Below are positions 25,380 to 38,416 of a stretch of 64,000 bases of DNA, in pieces. The stretch is from Hypanus sabinus (Eukaryota), in assembly GCF_030144855.1 (NCBI RefSeq), contig NC_082718.1, positions 108,004,001 to 108,068,000 of the forward strand, written 5' to 3'. The first letter of the stretch is position 1. Each line of letters opens with the position of its first letter. The position numbers and the translations under genes are program-made. The notes under the pieces are model-generated. The model saw only the letters and a program-made list of their open reading frames with translations, ran no database searches and was not told where the DNA came from.

Positions 25380-25620
25380 AAGGATAGTGGTTAGCGTAAC
25401 GCTATTATAATGCCAGTGACTCGGGTTCAATTCCCACCACTACCTTGTGCATTCGTCCTGTGACCACGAGTTCTTCCACCGGGTGCTCTCATTTCCTCCC
25501 ACATTCCAAAGATGTACAGGTTGGCAGGTTAATTGTTCATGTTGGTGCAATGGAGTGGTGAGGGCTCATTGGGCCAGAAGGGCCTTTTACTGTGCTATAT
25601 CACTAAATAAACAAATAAGA
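25380..25620 (+). mobile_element. V-SINE-like element
   Basis: gtggttagcgtaacgctatta...gggttcaattccc; ccgggtgctctcatttcctcccacattccaaaga core. Confidence 0.75.
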
Positions 25621-25806
25621 CAGCAGTCAGGTGAGGTACCGAAAGAACACGACGTCAGAAAATAGGCCACCATTCACCAAAGAAGGATGACATAAAATGG
25701 AGACAAGAAATAAAAAAGCAGCAACAAAAGTGCCCAGAAGATGTTGTTAGTCTAAGCCATCACGGAACACCTAGAACGTGAGTGAAGCCAGTGCTCATAT
25801 GCTTAC

Positions 25807-25915
25807 CCCAGGAATTGCCCATTCCTTGTTGTCTCTTCTGCAAATTGCCACAAACTGCAAGATTGGCTTCCCAGAGCAATTGTGAATCACCGTTTTTCCA
25901 CCCTCCTTCTTCCAC
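25807..25915 (-). CDS. NUDT9: NUDT9-like exon 5: (R)[36 protein letters not shown]
   Basis: ctcctttccag| acceptor, GGG|gtaagc donor, 109 nt; ILQFVAI..EWAIPG motif; this frame is not in the ORF track. Confidence 0.94.
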
Positions 25916-26419
25916 CTGGAAAGGAGTAGGAGAGAGCAAGAGAGGGAGAGACAGAAAACAGGGAGAGGCAAGAAGAGTCAAATGCACAGCAAAAGCAAGA
26001 TACTGAAAATCTATCACCATGCACTGTCAAATCAACAGCTACGTAATACTGTTAAAAACATTTGATAGTCCAAAATATACTCTTTATTACTAAAATCTCT
26101 CTTTAGAATCTCCATCAGAAGGCAAGATGAAAAGTATTTTCACTAAAGACTGGTGTATGTAGGAGCTAACACACTTCTCTTTCATTTGTTTGGAGGACAT
26201 TGGATATCTAGCTACATGGTGTGGTACGATGAAGTCCTAGCTTTTATCCAGTGTTGTGTTAGCCAAGAGCAGACACATCAGTAACAGCTAGCAGTCTAAT
26301 CAACCTTGCGATATGATGACAACAAAAAAAATTATTGATTCAGGTCAGCATCCTTCGATCAGAACAAAGAACATTAAAAATTACATGTTTTAAGTTGCAG
26401 AGTGGAAGAAAACAAAGAA

Positions 26420-26775
26420 AGTGTCTGTGATAGGATGGAGACCATAATAGTCTTTGCATCAGCCAACCTTCTATTCATGCTAGTATCCTTTCTGTAATAT
26501 CTTATCTTGTTAAGCAGCCTCACATGTGGCACCTTGTCAAAGGCCATCTGAAAATCCAAATTCACAACATCCAATGATTCTTCTTTGTCTATCCTGTCTG
26601 TTATTTCCTCAAAGAATTCCAACAGATGTCAGGCAAGATCTCCCCTTAGAGACACCATACTGACTTTTGCCTATTCTATCATGTGCCTCCAAGTATCCCA
26701 AAATCTCATCCTTAATAATAGACTCCAAATCTTCCCAACCATTGAAGTCAGGCTAACTGGCCTATAATTTCCTTT
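26420..26775 (-). mobile_element. CR1 RT fragment
   Basis: EFFEEIT...LDFQMAFDKVPHVRLL. Confidence 0.85.
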
Positions 26776-26776
26776 C

Positions 26777-27150
26777 AATACACATGAAATGCTGGAAGAA
26801 CTCGGCAGGCCAGACAGCATCTATGGAAAAGAGTACAGTTGACTTTTGAGCCAAGGCTTTTCACCAGGACTGGAGAAAAAAAGATGAGGAGTCAGAGTAA
26901 GGATGTGGGGGAAGGGGAGGGAGAAACACATGGTGATGGGTGAAACCAGGAAGTGGGGAGGGGTGAAGTAGAGAACTGGGAAGTTTGATTGGTGAAAGAG
27001 ATACAGGGCTGGAGAAGGGGGAAGCTATTAGGAGAGAACAGAAGAAAGAAAAGGGGGAGGAGCACCAGACGGAGGTGATGAGCAGGTAAGGAGATAAGGT
27101 GAGAGAGGGAAATGTGAATGGGGAATGGTGAAGGAGAGGTGGGGGGCTCT
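26777..27150 (-). mobile_element. Penelope-like 3' repeat with degenerate hammerhead motif
   Basis: Same family as 46140-46730 and 38223-38416 (gatgctgtctggcctgccgagttcttccagcattt; pyrimidine-rich body). Confidence 0.65.
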
Positions 27151-27470
27151 ACCGGAATTTAAGAAATCTAACTATCAAGTCTCCTATTGCTATCGTTCTC
27201 CTTGACTTTAGCCTTTCCTGCTGAAACTCAGAGCCACTGGCCAGACAGCTGCTGCTGTGCCCTGATAGGTCATTCTCCTCCCCCACCCCCCCAGCAATAT
27301 CCAAAGGGGTAAACTTGTTGTTGGGAACATGAGTCACATGAGTCGTAGAGCCCTGAAAATGAATCCATAGATTGCAAAGTGTGCCCATTTTGGAGAAGTT
27401 TTCCCTCTCTCTTCAACAGTAGTTCTGAGACCTTCCTCTCACTGCTCCACCTCTGTGGCTTCACCTGCTC
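27150..27470 (-). mobile_element. CR1 ORF1 (esterase-type) fragment
   Basis: NNKFTPLD...RTIAIGDLIVR resembles the VIGDSIVR motif of CR1 ORF1. Confidence 0.65.
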
Positions 27471-28222
27471 ATGAGGTCTTCAATGATGTTCTTATTAAGA
27501 TTCTGACCTGATGCAGGGTCTTGACCTGAAATGTCAACAATTCTTTTCATCTGAGAGATCCTGCCTGACCCACTGATTTCCTCCAGCGGATTGTTTTCTG
27601 TTCAATTTCACTGTGGAATCCTGAGAATTGTACTGTGCCTGGCAGGCAATCTGCATTTGTTTTCTGTGATGTAGAGGAGAACACAATCCTCTGGACACAG
27701 TATTTAATGGTGTACTGTAAATGAGTGGCTACTTCAGTGTTTGAGTGGAAATTAAGAGATAAAAGGGCAGATGTAGAAACTCCTGCAGTTGCATGGTAAT
27801 GTGCCATTAATAGGAGATCTGATGTAAGGAAAGAGTCCTTGGTAAATGTTAGAAGCGTGTAACACAAAATAAGAGAGGGAGATGGAGAGTGAAAAAGAGA
27901 GAGAAAGGAGGGTGGCAGGGAGGGGGAGAACAGATACAATGGAGCCGAGTAAACTCTGAAAACAAATACTGGAAGCAAAGTGAGAGGTTTAATCAGCATA
28001 ACTATTACCTTATAATGGAGTTCAGATTTAACTGAATGGCAGAATTGGCACAAGGGGTCAATTTCCTGTTACTGTTCTAATGAGGCTCTTTGCAAATACG
28101 AGTGAGTGAACTGAGAGGTTACATTTCAATACATTACTTTACATTAATTTCAGAATGAGTTATTTTGAAATATAGAGAGATCTGTAAAGTGTGTCTTAAT
28201 AAACAAATGAGGTAGCACACAC

Positions 28223-28309
28223 CTTGTCACAATGGGGTCTGCTGCATGATTAGGGCCCCATCTTCCCAGGAGTCCTCGCCCTTTCAATCCAGTCCGTCCA
28301 CAAGGATTC
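28223..28309 (-). CDS. NUDT9: NUDT9-like exon 4: (R)[28 protein letters not shown]
   Basis: ctatgtcttag| acceptor, AG|gtgtgt donor, 87 nt; [21 protein letters not shown] hallmark. Confidence 0.96.
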
Positions 28310-28409
28310 CTAAGACATAGAATAACATGGAGGAGCACCAATTAAGTACCTCAGCCAACACTGGCAGCCAGTTTAAACAGGCAACCCCAAACTAGCACAA
28401 ATCAAAGGA

Positions 28410-28845
28410 GAGTACAGGCCCTTTAGCCCACAATGTTGCGCTAATCTTTTAATCAAGATCAATCTAACGCTTCCCTCCCACACAACAGTTTTCTTTCATC
28501 CATGTGCCTGTCTAAGAATTTCTTAAAAGTCCCTGAGGTATCTGTCTCTACCACAACCCCTGGCAACATGTTCCACACACCCACCACTCTGTGCAAAATA
28601 AAACTTAACCTGACATTCCCCCACGCTTTCCTCAAATCACCTTAAAACTATGCCCGCTCATGTTAGCCACTGCCTCCTTTGGAAAAAGGCACTTGTCACT
28701 CTATCAATGCCTCTTATCATCTTACACACTTCTATCAGGACTCCTCTCATCCTCCTTTGTGCAAGGAGAAAAGCTTTAGCTCACACAACCTTTCCTCATA
28801 AGACATGCACTCTAACCCAGGCAAATCTCCCCTGCGCCCTCTTTA
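28410..28845 (-). mobile_element. CR1 3' fragment
   Basis: Reverse complement gatgagaggagtcctgatagaagtgtgtaagatgataagaggcattgatag. Confidence 0.75.
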
Positions 28846-29544
28846 AAGTGAAACTGTTTCACTTTTTTCCTTCCTTCCTTACCTAACTCAACCTTGCTTT
28901 GCCTTTCAGTATCTCACAGTCCACAGGAAGGTGCCCTGCTGTCACAGCAATTTCCACAATGCTCCATAAGCAACTCTGGAATGACATATGGCTCCTCTCT
29001 CTTCTAATAGAGTTTGTATAACATCATTCAGTGCCTTCCAGTGGAAATACACTGAAACATAGCAGTTCTCATCAAGATGAAAGGTGTTATGAATTGGGAA
29101 TGAACTAAAGCATTCCATTACCCAATTCCCTAAGAAACACATTCTACAGAATTATTCTTCTGTAAGTGGTATACTCAAGCTGCCATGTTGCATTAGCAGT
29201 TAGGGGTAATTCAGAAAGAGACAATTTGTACCAAATTTCCTCAATGCCTTCTTGCAGTGTTATAAAAAAAACTGGTAAGAGTGCAACAGGCCTCCCAACC
29301 ATTGCATTGAGGCTGTGCAGGGAAATCATTGTGTTGCAGATGCAGCTTTTTAACACACAGGAACACAATTATGAACAAAGAGTCCTCCTCTTAAATCTCT
29401 TAACATTCAGCTTTTCATGAGCAGAATAAATAAAAGACATCATGTTTCACGAAGAGAGGAAGATCAGAGAAAGGTAGGCTTAAGTACTATGTGGGTCTGG
29501 ATATACCTATCTACATTAGTTAACACAGAGCAAGGAAGTCACAC

Positions 29545-29649
29545 CTTGGGAACCCATTTATCACTTCATATTTTCCTGTATAGGACCGTCGATCTACGTC
29601 ACCATCCAAATGATTAAATTTCAGCGGCTTAATCAATTCTCGTTCATTT
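29545..29649 (-). CDS. NUDT9: NUDT9-like exon 3: (R)NERELIKPLKFNHLDGDVDRRSYTGKYEVINGFP
   Basis: ttaatttacag| acceptor, AG|gtgtga donor, 105 nt, phase 2-2; KFN..DG.V.R.S..G.Y motif. Confidence 0.9.
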
Positions 29650-31214
29650 CTGTAAATTAAAACAAGAAAGATAAGAAAGTGAGTTAGGGTTACATCACAT
29701 TTATTGCAAAGATTTGCACAGGTATATGGATTGGAAAAACTTAGAGGGACATGGCCAGATCTCTGTAAATGGAACTAGCTCAAAGAAACACTTCAGTTGG
29801 CAATGGATACGTTACATTGAATGGCTGGCTTCTATGTTGTATTACAGTACAAGGGTAAGGAATTGATGAATGGGAGAAGTGAAGAAGAGGACAAGAAGTG
29901 CAGGTCTGGCACTATGTCCCATATTGCTAAGTATTATTGATCTTATTTCATATTTATTCTTTATCTTGTTATTTCATACTCTCATTATGTATTGCTATTT
30001 ATTTATATCTGCATTTGCACAGTTTGTTGTTCATTGATCTTCTTTAAAGTTACTGTTCTATAAATTTGCTAAGTATGCCCGCAGAATAAGAATCTCAGGA
30101 TTGTATGTGGTGACATGTACGTAGTCTGATAAATTTTACTTTCAACTTTGAACTAAAAGATCATACCTGTCCTAATCACAGATGAGTGGATATTCCACAC
30201 TATTGAGAAATACAGTGTAGATTCAAGTCCCATTAACTGGACTGACACGGAAGTGCAATGCTAAATGACTCCACTGTCAGAGCCGCCTTTGTCCAATCGC
30301 CCTCTCAAATCAATGCAAAAGATCTCAAGGCATCAGAAGACCAAGGCAGCCCTACTCACAGTCCTGGCTAATGTTTATCCATCAAACCCCGTCTCAAAAG
30401 ACAGATTATCTGATCATTCCATTGCCAACTCTGAGACCCTGCTGTGGGAAATCAGTTGCCACAATCCTAACTTTTTAACAGTGACTATACTACAAAGACA
30501 TCTTTAACTTTTAACAGTCCTGAAGAAAGGTCATTGACCAGAAATATCAACTCTCTATCTCTTCCTACAGATGTTTCCTGACCTGTTTCATTTCAAATGT
30601 ACTTCATTAGCTAAACAAAGGCTTTGGAAGGTCTTGTATTTATATAAACGATTTTCTCAACAAGTTCTTTCTTCTCATAAGCCTCTTCAGTTGATAGCTC
30701 TATGGCCTGCGTTACAAGTGTTTAACAGCATACTGTGGGCAAGGAATTGGTAATCAAGTCATTAATTATCCAAAGCTTGTCACCACAGATGGTCAATTCA
30801 ACAGTCAGATACAGCCAGAAAACAAGAGAACATAGATGCCAGAGCAAGAGTACACCATGTGGCTGTTCCAAAGGTAACTGATCTTTCATTTTAGACCCTG
30901 CCCTCTGTCAGACCGTAGAACAAGAGGCAATACAAAATATGCTTCCAGGTTTCAAGCAGATGTATTCATTTGGAATATTTCAAATTCATTTAAACTGATT
31001 CATACTCAATAATCTTATAATTTTGGTAAAAACAATGAGATCTGTTTCCTTCAAGATTATTGCAGCATTCTCTTCTATAGCTGGCATGCAATAACAACAT
31101 TTAAACTATATTTCATGTGGACAAATACACTGAAACACTTCCTTATCACACAACAAACAAAGGCAGGAGATGTTAGCGGTAACAAAAAGTTTGTTCAGAG
31201 ATAGATTCAAAGAC

Positions 31215-31700
31215 CGGAAAGGCTGCAAAAATGATTTACAAGGATGTTGCCAGGACCTGAGGGGCTGAGTTATAAGGAGAGATTATAAAGGCTGGGCCTT
31301 TGCTTCTTGGAGTGTAGGATAATGAGGGTGGGAGGGGGTTGATCTGATACAAGTATTTAAAATTATGAGGGTCATAGATAAGGTGAGTAGTCTTTTATCC
31401 AGGGTCAGCGAATCTAAAGCTAGAGGGCATAGTTTTATGGTTACAGAAAAGTTTAATAAGACCCCAAGGATCACCTTTTTTTTATTACACTACAGGTGGC
31501 AAATACATGGAACCATCTGTCAGAGGAATTGGTTGAGGAAGGTACATTAGAAACATTTAATAAGTACGTGAGCAAGAATATGAATGACAAGAGGGATAGG
31601 AGCCAAGTGCTGGGAAATGAGACTAGCTTGAATATATATCCTGGTCAGCATGGACAAGTTTCAAGGACCATTTTCCGTGTTGAACAACTTGATGATTCTA
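31215..31700 (+). mobile_element. Old CR1 3' fragment
   Basis: tttacaaggatgttgccagga...gagttataaggagaga...gctagagggcatag. Confidence 0.7.
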
Positions 31701-32673
31701 TAACTGGATGTGAAGAAGGGAGTTGTGAAGTGAAAGCATTTAGGGATGAATTCCAGAAGGTGGTGCCAACGTGGCTGAACGAGGGTGATGAAGCCAGGAG
31801 TATAACAGGATCATAGGAACACTGGGTCACTTGAGTTTGTTTAGTTAGATCTGGGTTGGTCTGAATTCTGGTACCAGTGCTGTGCCTTGGATCATTATTC
31901 CTTAGTATCAATTTCAGCATGCAAATAGCATAATCTGCAAATGATAATGAATGTCAATAGGACAGGAGCTGAAGACAAGCTTTATTAGAGAACTAAATCT
32001 AGATGCTCTTTGTATGAAGAGTCGATCCAGTTGAGAGCGCAGCTTAAGTATGAGAGAAATGCAGTCTTTTCAGTCTATGCATGTAGCTGGGAAGTTAAAA
32101 GAAATATGGGTGGCTAAGATACTGAGACAACAGTTTTGATTTTCCTAATATTTACTGAGAGGTAAATTAGGTTAACCCAGGTATTAACCAGTCCGGTGCC
32201 AGAGGATTGACCAGATACAGTTAGATATCATCAGCATAAAGATACAGCTGAGCTCGCCCCTGGGGACAATGTCACCAGGACATCAGAGATTGAAAAGAGT
32301 CAAAGGATGAGTCAAGTTAAAAACTCTGGAGGAGACTACGATGGGGGAAGAAAAAATTACTGCTGAACTATAAGCTCTGGCTAAGTGAAATCAGACTAAG
32401 TTGTCCCACTGCAAGAATTTAGTGAGCCTGACCAGATCAGAATTCGAATTAGGTTTAATATCACTGGCGTGTGTCATCAAATTTCTTAACTTAGCAACAG
32501 CAGTACAATACATAATATAGAAATAAATATGTAAGTCAATTAAAGTGTGTGTGTATATGTATAAAATAGTTAGATTAAAAATTGTGCAAAACAGAAATAA
32601 TGATCAGCTGTAGTATAAAGTGTCTGTGTGAAATGGAAGCCAATCACACGTCACACTCATTATATCAGCATAC

Positions 32674-32928
32674 CTGTAAGGTGGGTCTGCCCAGGGTGGT
32701 TGCTTCAACAGTAAGGAGGCAGTGTAATTGATCGGGTCATAATCTGTCCACGGAACGTCCCAGCCCACTTTATTATCAGGGACAAGGAAACGGCAGATTT
32801 CAGAGCCCGGATACACCTCACCACGTGCTTTCACGTGAAGGAACTTGAGAATCTCCATGAGAGGCACAACCCCCACGCACCTTGCTTTAAATAGAGGGCA
32901 GTGGTGTAACTTCTCCAATGCAGCCAAC
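32674..32928 (-). CDS. NUDT9: NUDT9-like exon 2: (R)LAALEKLHHCPLFKARCVGVVPLMEILKFLHVKARGEVYPGSEICRFLVPDNKVGWDVPWTDYDPINYTASLLLKQPPWADPPY
   Basis: ctgttttggcag| acceptor, AG|gtatgc donor, 255 nt; H.KAR...YPGS...VP..KVGW...YTA...WADP motif. Confidence 0.92.
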
Positions 32929-33640
32929 CTGCCAAAACAGTCAACTGTCAAGTAAAGCACCACAAAATGCCACTGAATTACCATTATTTAAACATTTATT
33001 TTAAAACTGTGATTATCAGCAGAGCTTTAAGCTTTTATATTAAATACAAAAGGTTTCCTACTATGACATTACAGTATTAAATTGTGAGCCGTGCCAGGAT
33101 TTGCAAGTTGTCATCTCATTCTAACCAGCATGACCTGAGTGGAGATGAGGTGTTATTAGTGCATTGGTAGTTTTGATAATGGTTGAATAAATGATCCAGA
33201 GATGTGAACTTAAATCCTGCAGCTAGAACATTTAACATTGGATAATTAAGTAACAGGAATTAAAATAAAAATGAATTTACCAACTTGTCAAAAAATAGAG
33301 CAATACATGGTATGTTACCATTAGAAGGAAGACCCATCTTTAGCCATCTGGCATATGTGACTTATAACAGCACTCTGAAATGTCCCTGCTCCAAATTCTG
33401 CATCTGCAGCCTCTCTCTCTCTCTCTCTCACACTGTCAGCATTTACCTGGTTTAGCCCATTTACAATTGACTTTTGTACTTGTAAGCTCCAATGAGTAGA
33501 GTCCCAACCTGCTTAACCACTCCTTATAGGACAATCTCTTCATTTTAGGGATCATGATAGTGAAGCTTTTCTCAAGCCCTATAATGAAATATTATCTTTC
33601 TTTAATTCAGAGAAACAAAATTGTCTGCAGTCCTCTCGAT

Positions 33641-34476
33641 CGATGTTCCCTCTAATTTGTAGTGGCCAATGTGCACAAAAATCTTGTGCTGTGCAATTTT
33701 TTTGCCCAGTGACAACATGTACGCACTGAATTTTTAAGAGGAAGTAAACCTGAAGCTATTCTAAGGATAACAAACTACCAAGTCCAGCTTGTTGTTCATT
33801 GTTTAAAATAAATAACTGTCAATAAGAACTTTGATTTCCTCTGGGTTTGATTGTTTTCGCCCTTGTTCTTCTGCACTCTCACAAAACATATGCAGCAAGC
33901 CTTTAGCGGGTAATGAAGGATTGTCTCAACGGAGCTTTCACACACTGTCCATCTGTGATTTGCTTTCTAAATAACATTTTAAAAAGTTAAGTTTCCAAAT
34001 ATCACTCCACTTCTTCCACTTGCAAATTCTCCAGCAATTTTAGCATCGTGACAATACATGCAGTTAACTCCAGTTTCTGTATTGTACATAAATATTTCTC
34101 GTAGCTGCACATTCCTGACCTCAGGAGCTTTTGGTGTAGCAGTTTCTGCTGTTTCATTAAGCCATTCCACTTTAAATGAACTAGCAGTTCTTTTGTGCTT
34201 CACAGTCTTTGCTTCTTTGGAATTCAACACAGTGAATCAATAACTTCAATAAAAGTATAAATAGGCCAGTTCTAAAATCTGAAGAAAAATCATTGCAAAC
34301 TCTGCATTGTCAACATGGTCCTCATCAGAAACTGGAAAAGTAAATGTGATTGTGTATGATAGTGAGATATACTGACCATGCCAATGAGGTAGAGGGTGAC
34401 AACCTTTTGTGCGCAGTTTAAATTCCTTCCTAGTAGCAAAAGATGTGTGCCTGTGCACACCTCAGAGGGAACATTG
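33641..34476 (-). mobile_element. Internally deleted hAT DNA transposon (Tip100/ZNF862-like) carrying an N-terminal transposase fragment
   Basis: TIRs cgatgttccctctaa / tcagagggaacattg; 8-bp TSD ctctcgat (33633-33640) / ctctcaat (34477-34484); ORF fragment FKVEWL...CMYC..A..F..G resembling a TTF-type zinc finger. Confidence 0.85.
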
Positions 34477-34587
34477 CTCTCAATATCATGTCATTACTGC
34501 TGTTTACAGTTTCTAGACCATCGGTGAGGATCCCAACCTTTTTTATGCCATCAACCCCTATTAACCAAAGGTTCGTGGACCCCAGGT

Positions 34588-35579
34588 TCAAGTCAAGTCA
34601 AGTCACTTTTATTGTCATTTTGACCATAACTGCTGGTACAGTGCATAGTAAAAATGAGACAACGTTTTTCAGGACCATGGTGTTACATGACACAGTACAA
34701 AAACTAGATTGAACTACGTAATAAAAAAACAACACAGAGAAAGCTACACTAGACTACAGACCTACACAGGACTGCATAAAGTGCACAAAAACAGTGCAGG
34801 CATTACAATAAATAATAAACAGGACAATAGGGCAAGGTGTCAGTCCAGGCTTCGGGTATTGAGGAGTCTGATAGCTTGGGGGAAGAAACTGTTACATAGT
34901 CTGGTCGTGAGAGCCCGAATGCTTCAGAGCCTTTTCCCAGATGGCAGGAGGGAGAAGAGATTGTATGGGGGTGCATGGGGTCCTTCATAATGCTGTTTCC
35001 TTTGCGGATGCAACGTGTAGTGTAAATGTCCGTGATGGCGGGAAGAGAGACCCCGATGATCTCAGCTGACCTCACTATCCGCTGCAGGGCCTTGCAATCC
35101 GAGATGGTGCAATTTCCAAACCAGGCAGTGACGCAGCTGCTCAGGCTGCTCTCAATACAACCCCTGTAGAATGTGATGAGGAGGGGGGGTGGGAGATGGA
35201 CTTTCCTCAGCCTTCGCAAAAAGTAGAGACGCTGCTGGGCTTTCTTTGCTATGGAGCTGGTGTTGAGGGACCAGGTGAGATTCTCCATCAGGTGAATACC
35301 AAGAAATTTGGTGCTCTTTACAATCTCTACCGAGGAGCCGTCGATGTTCAGCGGGGAGTGGTTGCTCCGTGCCCTCCTGAAGTCAACAACCATCTCTTTT
35401 GTTTTGTTCACATTAAGAGACAGGTTGTTGGCTCATTCTTGCTGATGAGACCCACCACAGTCATGTCATCAGCGAACTTGATGATATGGTTCGAGCTGTG
35501 TGTTGCAGCACAGTCGTGGGTCAGCAGAGTGAACAGCAGTGGTCTGAGCACGCAACCCTGGGGAGCCACCGTGCTCAGT
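34588..35579 (-). mobile_element. Rex1/Babar-like LINE fragment inserted into a short hAT-type MITE (34525-34588)
   Basis: [40 protein letters not shown]; (CTTGA)n tail; the MITE sequence cccaaccttttttatgcca...gtggaccccaggtt resumes as gttggaaac at about 35580. Confidence 0.85.
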
Positions 35580-35827
35580 GTTGGAAACTTACCTTGTGTA
35601 TTTCATGCAGAAGAGCCTCCAATTTCTTTATAGCATAGCTTTCTGTATTTTTTTCTCCATTTAGATATTTTTTCTTTCTGCCAAAATTAACTTTACTTTT
35701 TCCATTTGTTAATTTTTTGCCCATTATTAATATTTCTCTGCAAACTGTATCCTCTTCCCATATTTTTTGTGTCATTCACAAAGTTGTCTGCTGTATATTC
35801 CAATCAAAACACCAAGTGATTAATATA

Positions 35828-37610
35828 AAACCATAAGATTTAGGAGCAGAATTAGGCCATTTGGCTGTGCTATTTCATCATGGCTGATACAATTTTCTTC
35901 TTAGCCCCAGCCTCCTGCCTTTTCCCCGTATCCCTTCAGGACATGCCCTGATCAACCAAGAATCTATCAACCTCAGCCTTAAATATACATAAAGACTTGG
36001 TCTCCACAGCTGCCTGTGGCAAAGATTTCCAGATTCACCACTCTCTGTCTAAAGAAATTACTCTTCATCTCAGTTCTAAAAGGACACCCCTCTATTCTGA
36101 GGCTATGTCCCCTAATCTTAGACTCTTCCATCAAGAGAAACATCCTCTCCACATTCTCGCTATTAAGGCCTTTCACCATTCAACATGTTTAAATGAGGTC
36201 GCCTGTCATTCTTCTGAATACTAGTGAATACAGGCCCAGAGACATCAAACACTCTTCATATGACAAGTTGTTCAATCCTGGAATCGTTTTTATGAACCTC
36301 CTTTGAACCCTCTCCAGTTTCAGCACATTCTTTCTAAGATAAGAGGCCCAAAACTGCTCACATTATTCAAAGTGAGGCCTCGCCAGTACTTTACAAAGTC
36401 CAACATTACATCCTCACTTTTATATTTTAGTCCTCTTGAAATAAATGCTAACATCACATTTACCTTCCTCAGCACAGACGCAACCTGCAAATTAACCTTT
36501 AGGGAATCCTGCACAAGGACTCCCAAGTCCCTTTGTGCCTCATATTTTTGTATTTTTTCTCCACTTAGAAAATTGTCAAGTCTTTAATTTCTTCTACCAA
36601 AGTGCATGGCCACACACTTCACAACACTGTATTGCATCTGCCATTTCTTTGCCCATTCTCCTAATCTGTTCAAGTCCCTGTACTTACTCACAGTTACCTG
36701 CTCCTTCATATATGATGATATCTTCATATCATCTCCAAACTTTGAAACAAATCCATCAATTCCATCATCCAAATTATTGACATATAACACAAAACAAATC
36801 AGTCCTAACACAGACCCTTGTGGAACACCACTAGTCACTGGCAGCCAACCAGAAAAGGCTTTCTTTTTTTAAATGTATTCATTGATGGGATGTGGGTGTT
36901 GCCAGCTAGGCCAGCATCTATTGCCCATCCTTAGTTGCCGTTGAGAAGGTGGTGATGAGCTGCCTTCTTGAACTGCTGAATTTGATCATATTATGATCAC
37001 TTTTGCCCCTAAGGGTTCTTTGACCTTAAGCTCTCTAATTAATTCCAGTTCATTGTACAACACCCAATCCAGAATAGCTGATCCTCTAGTGGGCTCCACG
37101 ACAAATTGCTCTAATCTAGTAGGAACTCTAGAAATTCCCTCTTCTGGAATCCAGCACCAACTGATTTTCCCAATCTACCTGCATATTGAAATGCCCCATG
37201 ACTACTGTAACATTGCCCTTTTGGTGTGTATTTTCTAACTCCCATTGTAATTTGTACACCACATCCTTACCACTGTTTGGGGATCTCTTTTACCCCTTCA
37301 GTTACTTAGCTCTTTCCACAACGATTGAAGATCTTCTGACCCTATGTCACCTTTTTCCAATGATTTCATTCATTTTTTACCAACAGAGTAACACCACCCT
37401 CTCTGCCTTCCTGCCTGTCCTTTTGATACAATATGTATCCTTGGACATTAAGTTCCAGATATAAGCTTTCAGCCATGATTCAGTAATGCATACATCATAC
37501 ATACCAATATGTAACTGTGCTGCAATTTCATCTACTTCTTCCATGTACTGTGTACATTCAAATACACCTTCAGTCCTGTATTCACTCTTTTCAATTTTGT
37601 CTGCCTTTTA
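35828..37610 (-). mobile_element. Decayed CR1 LINE (RT and endonuclease fragments with internal deletions)
   Basis: TSGVPQGSVLG, SKFGDD, WQMQYSV.KC, MLAFISRGL, RGHSLRI motifs. Confidence 0.88.
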
Positions 37611-37769
37611 CATTGCAATTCATCCTGTGGACTGCAATGTTGTCCTATCACTACACATTGCCTCAATATCTACTGTCAATATTTGTGGTCCCAGCACTGA
37701 ATCCTGTGAAACCCCAATGGTTACCCCTTTTACCTACTTGCTTTACATGCTAACACCTTGCCTCCAACA

Positions 37770-38015
37770 GGCACCGCAGTAGTGTAGTACATAGCTAGCG
37801 TGATACTATTACAGCTCCGAGTTTAGAGTTCAGTGCTGTAAGGTGTCTCTGTATGTCTTCCCCATGGAATGCATGGGTTTTCTCCGGCCTCCTCCCACAG
37901 TAGGTTAGTTGGTCATTTGTAAATTGTTAGGATTAAATTTGGTTTTCAGGGGTTGCTGGGGTGGTGGAGATTGGAAAGCCAGAGGGCCTGTTCACGCTGT
38001 ATCTCTAAATAAAAT
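37770..38015 (+). mobile_element. V-SINE-like element
   Basis: gctagcgtgatactattacagctc...gcatgggttttctccggcctcctcccacagt...ctgtatctctaaataaaataa. Confidence 0.7.
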
Positions 38016-38222
38016 AAGTAACATCTTCTGATTTAACCTACTGTGAGGCACCTTATCAACTACTTTGCAGAAGTTGTTATACATCTACTCATGCCCTTTG
38101 ATCCACACTGGTCCAGAATTCCTCAATAAAACTGTCACAAATTTGTCAGACACTATTTCCCCTTCATGAAGTCATGCTAATTCTCTTTGAATGTATTACA
38201 AATGACACTTTATAAATGTGGT

Positions 38223-38416
38223 TTCGCATTTCCCCCTCCCCCCACTACTTTCAAATCTCTTACTATCTTTCCTTTCGGTTAGTCCTGACGAAGGGTTTCG
38301 GCCCGAAACGTCGACAGCGCTTCTCCCTATCGATGCTGCCTGGCCTGCTGTGTTCCACCAGCATTTTGTGTATGTTGTTTGAATTTCCAGCATCTGCAGA
38401 TTTCTTCATGTTTGCG
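38223..38416 (+). mobile_element. Young 194-bp Penelope-associated insertion with a perfect 15-bp TSD
   Basis: ctttataaatgtggt at 38208-38222 and 38417-38431; CpGs intact; same family as the GIY-YIG-linked copy at 46140-46730. Confidence 0.85.
38282..38315 (+). ncRNA. Minimal type I hammerhead ribozyme motif (Penelope-type)
   Basis: GUC-CUGACGA-A-GGGU[UUCG]GCCC-GAAA-CG-UC^GAC: conserved core boxes, stem II, short palindromic stem III (ACGU), stem I GUC/GAC; predicted cleavage after C38312. Confidence 0.75.
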
